From positions 18,600,001-18,664,000 of the forward strand of contig JBHGNT010000012.1 in assembly GCA_043228905.1 (NCBI GenBank): DNA of 64,000 bases, written 5' to 3'. Shown here in pieces: positions 13,717 through 26,465 of the stretch. The number at the start of each line of letters is the position of its first letter. The first letter of the stretch is position 1. The notes under the pieces were generated by a model. That model saw only the letters and a list, made by a program, of their open reading frames with translations. It was not told the origin of the DNA and ran no database searches. Origin of the DNA: Azolla caroliniana (taxonomy: Eukaryota > Plantae > Polypodiophyta). A program made the translations under genes and the position numbers.

Positions 13717-16700
13717 TTTCATGCAACTGTTTTGTTACAGTTCTCATCATTCTCATGTAGCTAGCTAGCTAGCCGTCTTTGTATAGCTTTTACAAGAAAG
13801 ATAGAATGGTTTGTGAAAAGAAAAAAGGGATGCTGATTGTAAACAGCTATGGTTTTTTCAGAGCGCATATCATTAAAGATCTATAGACGGATTGGGAGAC
13901 CCCATCACAAGATATCTAATCATGTTTCTTTTCAATCATAACAGTTCATATTGATATGTTGTGGGTTTCGTTGCAATCAAACAATCGTTCATGGGATTCT
14001 TTCTTCAATCAGAGAGCCCGTCATTATGTATCTAATCATGGTCTGCATATGCAAACATTGCATCCCAACAATAGAAACCTCTATTGTTTCTTTGCAATTA
14101 GAACTCCTATCATTCTATATCTAATCCTGGGTTGTACATACCAAGGTTCACATTCGTATGTTCTGAACTCCATTGAATATCCAGTATAGCAACTTTGGGT
14201 ATATTTAATATCGATAAACGTAGAATTGGGTATATCTAATAGAATTTGATGTTGAAATTATCTTCCCCAGAGGTCAGATATGATCTATGGAACCAAAATC
14301 TCACATTTTCACTTATTTGTATGTGGAATTTATAAGCAACTCCCAATACACAAGAATTTTATTAATGAATGTTGCAATCGAAAGTGCACATTGTGACTGA
14401 AAGAGAAACTGTGTAGGGATAGATAAGAGTTGAAATGTGGGGGAAGCAAGCTTGAATATGATGAAAAGTGAAGCATTATGGTATAGTGTGATACTCAGTC
14501 TCACAAACTTGTTTCGGCCAAATATGTACTGTTTATGAGTCTCATTTCTGTGCCCTCATGCCCCCATCCACATCAAAGCGATTATGAGCTAAGCTGTACA
14601 GAAGTGGCGGTGCAAACTACACACACAAGGCGGACGGACTCTATTTAGCATGTGCGAATGAGTGCGGTTTTCCCATTTGGAGAAGAGAGAGAAATCAATT
14701 AGAATCTGTTACATGGATGAGAGGAAGAGAGAGATTGAACAAATCAATAAATGGTTATGCAGGAAGGTGGAACATCTATGAATATGGAAACTTGCAGGGC
14801 CAAAGGTGCTGCCCCAGGATTCAAAGTTGCATTACTGGGAGCTTCTGGTGGCATAGGGCAACCTTTGGCACTTCTCCTCAAGATGAACCCATTTATTTCG
14901 GTTCTCCATCTCTATGATGTTGTTAACACCCCTGGTGTGACGGCCGACCTCAGCCACACCGACACAAGTGCTGTGGTAAGTGTTTAATATGTGATGCATC
15001 AATAAACAAAAGGGTAATTAATGACAGTATTGGAATATAAATTGCTAACCTGCTAGATATATGCCTGATTCCATCCTCCAATATATGCACAAATAGTATG
15101 TGTTTTATGATGAGTCTATCCACGTATAGATAATGACTTAGGTAGACATAGGGTTTTGCTTATATGATTGTTTGATTCGTGTTCTAGTTATTTTCTCAAA
15201 GTGCCTTAGGGATCCAAGGGGTAATATAAGGTGGGATTAGCATGCTAGATCTACATCTTAATATATGTTTTTATTTTGGATAACAGTCCCGTGAAGATTT
15301 AAAAATTGTGAAAATGAACATAGAAAATTTTGGTAAGTTCGTCATAAAAAAATTGGTTAAAAAGGAACGTTTGCCTTATTTCCTTAGAAAAGAAAGAAAA
15401 TTGATTTGTTAGATTCTCTTAAAATCCTTAATACCCATGACGGTCCAATTTCTAGAAGTTTAGTACCGGTAGAGAGAATGAATCTGCTAAATGTATTTTA
15501 ACATTAAAACAATGCTTGAATAGATTTCACACATTTAACATGAACGTATTAATTGTTGTTGGGCTGGGCTCTTGTAGGATGGTGTGATTCCATGTTAAAA
15601 CTTAAACATGGTTTCAATAGATTTTTGAATGTTTATAACATAAAACTTGGGCTCTCACAGGAATATGTGATTTCCTATTCAAAGACATGTATTATAGTAG
15701 ATGTAGAGAGAATAAATCTGACAAAACTTATTAAAACATGAAAAACATGGGTTTTATGTGACTGTGCCTTCCATATTCATAGTTAAAACATACGGATTCG
15801 TGCTGTCTAAATTAGCTTTTGTTTCTATTAAAGGTTCGTGGATTTGTTGGAAAAGACCAGCTTGAAGCTTCATTGGAAGGCATGGAGCTAGTGATCATCC
15901 CAGCCGGGGTTCCCCGAAAGCCAGGCATGACCCGAGATGACCTATTTAATATAAATGCGGGGATCGTCCGTACACTTTGTGAGGGAATTGCCAAAAGCTG
16001 CCCCAAAGCTATTGTCCACATCATTAGCAACCCTGTCAATTCTACTGTACCCATTGCGGCAGAAGTATTCAAAAAAGCAGGAATTTATGATCCAAAGCGT
16101 CTTATGGGGGTTACAACTCTAGATGTCGTCCGAGCCAACACCTTTGTGGTAAAACATGGTTCATTAAAACAAGTTTATGGTAGCTATATATAGAGATTCC
16201 TATGCTTATCTAACAAAACTAAAAAAGAAGAGGTAGTTCTTTTATAGAGAAAGGAATGAGATGCTACATGTCGAGAATTCTGTCTATAGCTCACAGATTT
16301 CTAATCAACATCTCTTTCATGTTTATATCTTTCGATCGCTTAATTTTACCATCACGTAATTGAGTTTGTGCTCTTTAAAAACTATAGGCAGAAGTGCTCG
16401 GAGTAGATCCAAAGTCAGTGAATGTGCCAGTAGTTGGAGGCCATGCAGGAATTACCATTTTGCCCTTACTTTCTCAGGTTCTTTCGAGCAAATCTGTTGT
16501 TTGTTTTGTAATAAATAGTGATATTTATTTTTCATCCAAGTGAAACTTTATGCACGTTTGCAGGTTACACCTCATTCTTCATTTTCCAAAGATGAGGTAG
16601 AATATTTAACAAACAGGATTCAAAATGGAGGAACAGAGGTGGTAGAGGTGAGATCCTCAGTATTGGGTTTGATGTATAGGTGCTTTGTGTCATGAAATAA

Positions 16701-17695
16701 ATAAATGTAAATATAGGTTTATGTATAAATCTAGATGCATAAATATAATATATATCCTGTATGTATTTCTCTCTGAACGGGCAAGGAAAATTTAGTGGGT
16801 AGGACATGTTCTCACAACTTGTTGTTTAGATGGCAAAGAACTGGAATCACTATGTCCAACAAATTTAAAATCTTAAAAAAAGGAGACTTCAAATATATTT
16901 AATGATGTTGGTTGATTACTTTGTCAAAATCCTTAAACTCTTTAGAAACTTGGATTTTAAACTTTTCTTCTGAATTCTCTTAAAGTATTGTACTGACTCA
17001 ATGATCTGCAGGCAAAAGCAGGTGCAGGCTCGGCAACATTATCAATGGTACTATATTTGGTCAAAGTCTTACTGTGAGATTTTATAGAATTCTAAGACAT
17101 CCTCAAGTGTTAAAAGAATTCTAAAACTGTGTGAAGCATCATAGGATGAGAGTTCAAATTCCCCTCCCCATTAAGAGAAAGGACAAGGAGAAGAAATAAA
17201 GTCTAAATGATTGAATAATTTTGAATTTCTAGGCATATGCTTCTGCAAAGTTCGCTGATGTTACCCTCCGCGCGTTGCAAGGCCATTCAGGCATTATTGA
17301 ATGTGCGTTTGTAGCATCACAGGTATGGATATAGAAATAAAATTTCAAATTTCAAGGGTGTTAATGAATGAATGACCATCTTTTGTGACCTCATTGGACA
17401 TTCCTCTCATAGGTGACCGAATTGCCTTATTTCGCCACAAAGGTTGTGTTAGGCAGGAATGGTGTGGAGGAAGTTTTACCACTAGGCCCTTTGAATGACT
17501 ATGAGAGGTCAGATTTTTCTTCACATATATGAAATGATGTTTGTGCTTTACATTTCATAATTCAAGTAATTTGATCGATTTTTGATTGTATGAATCAATG
17601 TTGTTCCTTCTTTCAGGAATGGCTTAGCAAATCTCAAAGGAGAGCTAAAAGCTAGCATCGAGAAAGGAATCGCGTTTGTATTAGGAAAGAAATAA
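13621..17695 (+). CDS. PMDH: Peroxisomal/glyoxysomal NAD-dependent malate dehydrogenase, ~350 aa, 9 exons
   Basis: Exons 13621-13671, 14763-14975, 15834-16148, 16388-16477, 16564-16647, 17012-17047, 17233-17322, 17413-17507, 17617-17695 (1053 nt, in frame). N-terminal PTS2 RLARINAHL (R-L-x5-H-L), processing site CRAKG, Rossmann motif [15 protein letters not shown], plus [43 protein letters not shown] and [14 protein letters not shown]. Confidence 0.96.
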
Positions 17696-19038
17696 CTTGT
17701 TGAAATCTTGCGAGAGAAAAATGCAATTAGTGGAAGAAGATAGTCATGGAGCCTGACTATAAGCCTTCTCCTTGTACTTTTGGGAAGAATGTTGTCTTTT
17801 GCCTTGTCTATATGATGGAGAATAATCCAGTTTCATTGTATTGTTGACTTGAAATAATGCATTAATTATATTAACTTTATGTGGGCTTCATTGCAAGTGT
17901 GGCGTCATATTTTGCAAAGATTGGCTAGACCTAGACTGGGGATTAATTAGACATGGTGTCAATCACACGCTACGTATTGAGATGTGCATTTTCACGTATC
18001 ATAAAAGGTGCTAAGTTAATGAAGTTCATATTCTGGATACACAACCACTGCTCCTTAGTGTGTCCACTACCATCTCCATACAATCAAACTTGAGACCTTG
18101 AAATATTTTGTGGTAACTCTTATGTTTCAACAAGGGCTGCTCCTCAATCTATATATTCTATTACTTGCCATCATGATGGCAACCATGTAGGAAAAGCAAC
18201 ATCTTGCTTTCATGGATTTGGATAATGAGAAACACATTTTTCTTCTTCAGTGGCTGGCTTTTTGTGTTTGTTGGGTGGGGTGAAGAATACATCGTGCACT
18301 GAATGTAACCAATCATATGATTTTGTATTCAAAGAGGAGAGAATTATAACTTGGATGGTATTCCTCGAGGGAAAGCTGGTGCTTTGCACATAATTACAGA
18401 TTTGTCACAGTTGTACCCTTCATAAAAGCTTGAAGAGTTTCATTTGCAAATTAACATCAAGCCTGATCACACGGCAAATGACAACAATTGTTCAGAATGT
18501 TTTGCATTTTCTGTAAAAAATAATCGAAAATTTCACACAAGATATACAATATTGTAGTTCATTTTGGTAAAAATTTAGAAAACTGACCAAAAATGAGAAA
18601 TCTCAACCATCACAAATTGAATTTAACAGTAATAACACGACTAACATTAAATTTAACAGTGCCATTGATGAAAACGAATGGCACCATGAAAAACAATGGT
18701 TGAACTTGGTTTTAAATGATATTATCTGTATTATAAAATGGAGCATTTTGAGCTTGGTAAATGCTCCACAATGAGTGTGAAGCATCTGTGACATGAATAA
18801 GCAAAAATGCTAAATGTAATACATGTTGGACTTTGTGTACACTCTTAAGAGTCCATCAATTACAGCCTCTTTACAATTATGCTTCACCCAACCCAAAACT
18901 GCCTTGTGAGCTTAGAAATCCTGAAGCTTCTGAAACTGATCCAATGTTGACATTCAATCTTGAGAAAGACTATACAATTACAAGATGCATCAAGTAGCAT
19001 CGGAAATGGCCTATGGGAAAGAAAATTTTGACAACCTT

Positions 19039-22000
19039 TCACATTTTCATGTGCACACTACGGTTCTGAACCTTTTGAAATCTCCGTACCCGTACTCCAT
19101 TTCGAAATAGTGTACCTGTCGTAACCATGACCACACTAATGCATACAAACATCAAACACATTGCTTTGCGGGATCCAAACCATGATGGATGCCAACCATC
19201 ATCTATGATTTCTGTAACTGAAATTTCTTCTTCAATAGTTTTTGATATTTGTGGCTGAAGAACCATGGGAGAGTGCATAACCTGAAAAGATATTTATATT
19301 AGGCAATAAATATCACCAATCATGAGGAAGCACAAACATATTTAGCAACACAATATATTATATATTAGAGGGGAATATTGATAACCTTTTTAACTCTCGA
19401 CCTTAATGGGAAGTACTTGGAGAAAATGCTTTGAGCATAATTGTAGAGCTCCATGTCAAGATTGTTCATCTCTGTAATGGCTTCAAGAGTCTCTTTCGCA
19501 ACTTGATGTCGGGCCTAGTAATGTTGCAAAGAAGACATTACTATTTCTTTTGCTTTTGTCTGTTCTCATTTTTTTCTGCTTTTAGAAATGTAACATCGTA
19601 ATGTTCATGCTTAAACTTTGTGAATGAATGGCAAACAGACCATTTGTGTGCATGTGCGTGTGCATGCACAGATGAGCATGTGTATGTACGCATGCATATA
19701 TAATATATAGATGTATGTACCTCGCTTGAAAAGTTTATTGGTAGAACACTTTTCAGGGAGAGGATGCGTCGTTGGATTTGTGTTTTCCTGAGACGGCCAG
19801 CACAACTCTCATATTTCTCTATCAGTCCATATACTGTGAGCTGCCAGCACAGAATGATCATCATCACTAGTGGAGTTTGAAATATGACTATATACTTATT
19901 CTGCTAATGAAGGGAATCACTAACATTTGTCTTAGGAGTTTCATTCGCTGCATGTGTTGCATTCTCAAGATGTATATTATGAACCTGTAAAGGTGTTATA
20001 CGTGATATATACATATGTTAGGAACATTTTGTGAGGCGTGTGAAAAGCTTCATCCTGGCTGGTTAAAAAGCAAGTACCTCTGTATTTGATGAGTCCTTGA
20101 TCTGCCCAGGTTGTTCTGATGAATCATCTGCAAGAGGTAACACTCAAGCTTTTAGAAGTGAGTGACTAGGTTTGACTGTAAGGATTTCTCTAATAAATAT
20201 GTTTAAATTTTGACAGGAAAAGCTTCAGCTAATAATTTCAAATGTACGTCCAAATTTAAAAGTCACATCTCGTCTATTATAAATGATGCCAGTCAAGTCA
20301 GTACATGTAAATCTAGACGTCCGATCTCAATGTCTAGTAAACTAATCCTAGTCCAAATATCTGGACACAGCACTCTGAATTACGAAATGTTTAGATTCTG
20401 GGTTGCACTGTTGACACAATGACTTCACCGTTCATTACGTGCATGCTTCAATTCAAAGCAACAAAACTTTGGATAATATGAGCAAAACTCAATTGGCACT
20501 GAAATCTCTCACATTATATCACCTTCGGATGGAATTATTGCAGATGCATTCCCATGTTGACCCAATGGAAGCATTTGTCCTCCAACAACATGAGCAAAAA
20601 GTTTTGCAGCATCTCCATGTTTGTCTGTTAGTCCAACGAATATCATTTGATCCATTCGACTCTGTAACGCCAAAAGAAAATATTAGCTGAATAAAAACAA
20701 AGATATTTTACTTAAAACTTCACCCAACTACAAGAAACAACATAAGTGAAAATGTTGATAGGATCACCTTTGCAACATCTAGAACGTGATAACTGAGGTC
20801 TGGATACTCAATTGCACACTTTCGGACATTTTTTGCTTCTCTTATATAGGAATTGTTAGTGAGCCCAGCAACCTAAAACGGAAAGAATACATGCACTGCT
20901 CTTAAACATTCTCAACATATACAACCTACTAAGAATATATATTCACAGAAGTTAGCGTAAAATGTGTAAAACTGTTAGCTGGGGTATATGGATGTGACCA
21001 GTCATTGGAAGTTAATTAAACTTGCCATTGGACTGAAGCACAGACATTCATGTGCTTATGCAAGATCGATACAAAGATGTGTCATCCAGTCATCAGAGTG
21101 GACATTCGATCATTCCTTGTGTTCTTAAAATAATCTGCTATGTAAACCATTGATATAAGCTAATGCACCAAATATGCAGAAAACATCACTTGGAATTACC
21201 ATTTTAGTCAGACATGACCATTATTCTCAGTGTCTGGTATCAAATAGATCATATTGAACCTTACAAAAAAACATTCAACACCAAATACACAGAAGCATGA
21301 CATGGAATTAGGTTCAAATATGCAGAAAACATCATATGCATTATATAAGCTAATGCACCAAATATGCAGAAACATCACTTGGAATTACCATTTTAGTCAG
21401 ACATGACCATTATTGTCAGTATCAGGTATCAAATAGATCATATTGAACCTTACAAAAAAAACATTCAACACCAAATACACAGAAGCATGACATGGAGTTA
21501 CCATTTTAGTCAGGCATGATTGTCACTCTCAGGTAGCAAATAGATCATATTGGACCTTACGACATTTTTAAATTATTACAACACCAAGGTAGAGTCACCT
21601 AATTGGCTGTGGCTTATAGGTGACTATTCTAAAGCGGGGGCAAGCGGCCAACATCAATGAGCACATGTTATACCATAAATTACCTGGAATGTTGCACCAT
21701 TGTGTAGTATGTCGATGACTATAGGTTGATAAATAAACTCATGCAATGGCATCACATAAGAACTTGCATTATAGTTAGAGAATTCTTCCGAATACAATTG
21801 AACATCTTCAAACTCCCTCCTCTTCTCCTAAAAATCATAATCAAGCATCCCAGGACCAGTCATTAAAGCTTATATTGTATATTATACATAAATTTAAGGG
21901 AAAAACTCCAGGATACCTCAGTTTTTCTTAATTTTTCCAAATGCCAGACAGTTTTGATTAATGCCCCTTGGTTAACCCCCAAAAGAGCAATTACATGTGC

Positions 22001-25000
22001 TATTTGAGCAATAACATGGCCAATCATCCCCTTTTTATCAGCAATGTGTTATTTTTGGAAGTACATGATCAATTCATTCACTGTTCTCTCTTTAGGGGGT
22101 TAATCAAGGGTTTTCATGACAGTAATGATAACTCTCGGGCATTTAAGGCAATAAAGAAAAACTGGTTATTTTGGGGTTTTCTTCTGTTTTTAAATGATGT
22201 GAACTTACACGTGCAAAAATATCTTCTCTCATCCAGGGAACTAGAAGACTCCATGGCCATATATTTAAAGTACTTGCTCCATTGGTCTTCGTGGCTAAAG
22301 GCTTTCGTTTATTTCGGGACAAGAAGCGTGAAGCTACCTCGACAGAGAACTCATATGCACTGAAGATGCGGTCTACAGGATGGCGCATGTTGGTTACTAC
22401 CGATGTTGAATCAGCTGGTAGTTTAGAAAGGATACTATAATCATCATGTGTTACAAGTAATCTGCAGTGCTTGCTACCATAATTCACAATGATACAATGT
22501 CAGGCTTTCACTCGAAGACATAACCACCTTAAATATAATGGAAATGGTAACTTACAATGATTCTATTTAAATTTAAGAGCACTTAACATATCAAATCCAG
22601 TTACGCTTAAAATAAATGTGAAACAGATTAGGGTTGATCAACTTGTGTAACGCCACCAAAGAAATTCAACAAAAGAGCTGTGATAAGATATTATTCCTCT
22701 ACAAATAACTACTCAGACAGGGCCCTGGAACATCCAGAGGGCTTGAAAATACCCATTATACCAACAATTTGGCCAGATTTTAAACACTTGAGAAATCTAG
22801 ATTGTTCTTAAACAAGGTAGTTGACACCCTGTTGGAATCAAAGACCGGCACCCTCTGCGGCATTTCTTTATTCATAATTGATAGCAGAGGATATAATAAG
22901 GTAGGGCACAAAGTGTAAAAACAAAGCCATCAGTTAAAGCCTATTTCAACAATGAAAACCCAAGAAGACTATCTTGACGGTACACTCCACTGAGCTCAGT
23001 GGAAAAGAAAGCAAATACGCCATGAGACATCTAGAATTTAGCACTCTAAAATAAGCTGCCATTAGCTCTAATGCTGAACTCTCGTTCTACATAAAAAAAA
23101 GTGTTTTGTTGAATAAGGTCTTGATCATGCTGCCAACTATCACCTTCTTCAAAAACGACATATTCACCCACTCACTTATCTACTCTCTTATAACTTTTAA
23201 GTGCTTTTATCGAGGGCCTAACATAGAGTGACTTTAAAGGACACAATTTGACAATTAGATACACACGTCCACACACATCTGAACCTAATGCTAACTGGAT
23301 GGCCACATGCCAATCTAAAAGCTTTGGCTGCTTCAGTCCAGGGACATTCCAGTTGGGCATTTCACACAGGCCATGCAACGTTGTCTTGCTCGTTTTTAAA
23401 AGTTCATGGCCACATCAACAGACAAGAAAAATGTTTGTGTAATCAGCTTTATAAACACCGTGAAGAAACCTTAAAAGGGGGAAAATCGCATAGAATAAAA
23501 TAAATAAATACGCACATCAGAACCCAATGCTAACATCTCTATGACATGCATCTGCAAATTTGTGAATGGTGACACTGAATCGGAGGTTTCTAAATTTTAT
23601 TGAGAGGGGAAACGGTTGTTCCCAATCAGCAAGAGAAAGAATTGTTTTTTTCGTTACTTCAGCATATGGGGAATTAAATTCACAAAATATATCCATGCAT
23701 CACAACACAGCGACAGTGGTGACGTATATTCAAGGGATGAAATTGTTTTGTACATCCCCAGATATGAATATAGAGATAAATATCTGTTTTGGACAAGTGA
23801 TCAGCCCTAATCTTGATCTTAAATGGATTAATTAATGTTCTAGCAGATTCCTAAACATTATAAAGCGATGACATATCAGACTACACTGGAAGCAAGCTAG
23901 AGCAGGATCTGAGACCCTATACTTGATCAATGGCTGAGTCTCAAAATAATGCAAAAAGACTTCTAAGTAGAAAATATAAAAGAAATACAAGTATCTTGGA
24001 ATAGATTATGTGTTTTAGAGCTTATTATTCTTAATATGCAATTTCTCAAAGGCATCTTCAACTTTGCAAATAGGAAAAGAAAACTGAATTTCACCTTGAA
24101 TTGAATCGGAATTTGTCATATGATCGGTCACAATGCTCTTCAGGGCGGTACAAATGACGCAATAAGCTGTAGATAGAAGGAGACAGACATTAATGATATA
24201 CAAGAATGCAGTGGTTAGTGATTAAAAATACAGGTTTTGCAGTAATTGTGTTCTTTATATCTCTAAATGTGGCCAAATACCCTTGGCCAACCCCATCTCC
24301 AGTAATTTTATGGTAAATCATCCCCTTCTTTCTTGATTAGATATGTTATTTGAGCAATCATATGGTGAAGCCGTCCCGTCTCCTTCTCCTCTCTTTCGGG
24401 GGGTTGACCAGGGGTACTTTTAAAGTAACAAAAACTTTGGGGCATTTCGGTAAATAAGACAAACTCGATGGTATTTCGGAGTTTCCTCATTTTCTTACCA
24501 TTGATGATATGTCCGTCCACCTGTGCGAGGAACATGTAGAAAATAAAGAAGTTCTTTAAGAACCTTGTTATGGTTTTCAGGTAGCTCTTCCATCTCATGC
24601 AATGCTTCCTCAGCCCAGGCCTTCACAAGAAGGCTGCATTTTTCGTATTCTTTACCATGAACAATCACAATGACAACTGAGAAGAATCCATTTCAATTAA
24701 ATTAGAACATAATATAAAGGAACAAAAAAAATAAAATCAATGTGTTTCAAATCTAGTCACTTCAATTAATCAGACAACAACAGAAAAAGACCATTTTTAC
24801 TCCGTATTTTTCAAATCTAAACAACACAAGGATGAGGATAAGCCATTTCGGTTGAGCAGAAAACAACAGAAAGAGGCCAATGTTTCTGCTGTATTGTGAT
24901 CTAAGCAACAGATAAAATGATTGCTTTGCTGCGTAGAGATCTATAACTATTTCAGTTTATGAGAAAATAGAAACCGACAGAAATTTTAGATTTTTCCCTT

Positions 25001-25606
25001 CAATCATAGAACCACGGAAAGTGCTATTTCCATTCATCAGGAGAGTACACAAGAATAGGAAATAACACAGAGTGAATATGTATCTCTTTTTTGTTGCACT
25101 ACGATATATAAGCAAAAGAAGACCGAGGAGAACAATTTCAGTTGATCAGAGAAGAGCAGAAAGAGATTTGGATTTTTCCATTATTTGAATTGATTCGAAA
25201 ACAGCAGAACTAAAAGAAATTTTGCCACCGGTTCAGTTAACCAGAAAGCAACAGAAAGGGAACACTCTTTATTTTCTGGTTTGCTTATCTATATAATCAA
25301 CAAAGGAGGAGAAGAATCCATTTCAGTGAATCAGAGGAAACTAGAAAGCTGCCTTCGTTTCCTTCTGTTTCAGTTACTTAGAAAAATTAAAGAAACAGGA
25401 ACTTGAGTCGGCTCATCGGAAAACGGCAGAACGGTAAACACGGTTGTAGCTATGTTCAGTCAATTAATGAGACAGAAGACATGGTTCTCTCTCCATTTGC
25501 GATATGAAACGGGAGCAGAATGCGGGAAGGGAAGGAAAGGAGAATCACCTGAAGAAATAGCGAAGAAGAAGAAGAAGAAGACGGCAGGGAGCAGCGAAGA
25601 TTTCAT
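19039..25606 (-). CDS. TPST: Tyrosylprotein sulfotransferase (plant type, Golgi type-I membrane protein), ~500 aa, 11 exons
   Basis: Exons (minus) 25606-25549, 24676-24499, 24166-24095, 22473-22209, 21827-21684, 20872-20768, 20661-20523, 20127-20078, 19840-19721, 19514-19386, 19281-19039 (1503 nt, in frame). Signal peptide MKSSLLPAVFFFFFFAISSV, PAPS-binding-type motif FLHVPRTGGRTY, then RSYDK, THDDYS, SAYEFSVEVASRFL, IWPW..LVPWMRED, HNGATFQVAGLTNNS, NNLDMELY and a C-terminal TM helix followed by basic residues. These match Arabidopsis TPST as I recall it. Confidence 0.94.
21153..21560. repeat. ~190-bp tandem duplication (2 full copies + 1 partial) in a TPST intron
   Basis: ATATAAGCTAATGCACCAAATATGCAG...AAATAGATCATATTGAACCTTAC...CAGAAGCATGACATGGA at ~21153 and ~21343, with a partial third copy from ~21495. 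Confidence 0.92.
21965..22110. mobile_element. Small MITE-like element, copy 1 (TPST intron 4)
   Basis: Terminal inverted repeats CCCTTGGTTAACCCCC (21965-21980) and GGGGGTTAATCAAGGG (22095-22110) pair at 15/16. Internal motifs TATTTGAGCAAT and AATCATCCCCTT are shared with the 24278 copy. Confidence 0.6.
24278..24416. mobile_element. Small MITE-like element, copy 2 (TPST intron 2)
   Basis: Inverted termini TACCCTTGGCCAACCCC and GGGGTTGACCAGGGGTA pair at 15/17, with TA at both ends (possible TA TSD). Internal motifs are shared with the 21965 copy. Confidence 0.6.
24760..25480. repeat. Highly degenerate tandem repeat in TPST intron 1
   Basis: Recurrent TTTCAGTT...CAGAAA(A/G)CAACAGAAAG-like blocks at ~24771, 24857, 25147, 25242, 25332 and 25417. 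Confidence 0.55.
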
Positions 25607-25830
25607 TCTCGAAATCCTTGCGCTTTGAATCTGTGCGTGCGAAGAGTTGAGAGAGAGAGAGAAGGGATCGATGGATCGATCAGGAATCTGTGCAGGAGGA
25701 GAGTCGGAGAAGGCTCTGATCGTTGGTTCTGAGAGAATCCATCATCGATGATGGGAGAGGAAGGGAGGAGGGAGAATCCATGGCAGCTGCTTGCTGCGTT
25801 TTTTGCTTTTTTTGCGTTTTGCTTTTTGCT

Positions 25831-26016
25831 TTTCTTCTTCTTCTTCTTCTTCTTCTTCTTCCTCCTCGATACCTTTGAAATCTCTGAACAAACTCAGACA
25901 CAGAAAGAGAGTCTCTCATTTATTATTCTCTCTGTTTTTTGCGTTTTCGTGGCTTCTATTCCAAGTATTTGCAAAAGTAGCCCCTTCGTTTTCTCTCTCT
26001 CTCTTTTCTTCTTCTT

Positions 26017-26046
<30 letters not shown>
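25831..26046. repeat. Two (CTT)n/(GAA)n microsatellites upstream of TPST
   Basis: (CTT)n tracts at ~25831-25860 and ~26006-26046. They produce the poly-F, poly-S and poly-R ORFs in the track. Confidence 0.9.
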
Positions 26047-26047
<1 letters not shown>

Positions 26048-26106
26048 TGGCTCTCTTTGTTGATTCAAACACAACTACACGACAATCAATCACATTGGCA
26101 AGTCTG

Positions 26107-26465
26107 TAACAAAAATCGAGCTCTCATCGTGTGTGTATTGTGTGTGTGTGGACTGTATGTATGTACACCAGACGACCTCGCCAAAAAACGCAGCCCTGCA
26201 TGCGAACATATGAGACATTTGCTTGATTGTTCCGCTTGACCGCCAAAGGTCTATATAAATAGAGTGTGTTGCCCTTGCACTGATAACAAAAATCGAACTC
26301 TCATCCATCATGTGTGCGTGTGTGTACGTGTGCCGTGGACTACATGTACACTAGAACTCGCCAAAAGAGGCAGTTTGTACATGCGAACATACGAAACACT
26401 GCCTGATTGTTCAACAACTTGACCGTCAAAGTTCTATATAAATAGAGCATGTTGCCTTTGCACTG
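26107..26465. repeat. ~180-bp tandem duplication upstream of TPST, each copy with a TATA-like box
   Basis: TAACAAAAATCGA(G/A)CTCTCATC...CATGCGAACATA...CTATATAAATAGAG...GTTGCC(C/T)TTGCACTG occurs twice (26107-26282 and 26284-26465). Confidence 0.88.

Noticed and set aside
25748-26239. 163-aa poly-Phe ORF on the plus strand resembling a membrane protein
   Set aside because: It derives from (CTT)n tracts antisense to the TPST leader.
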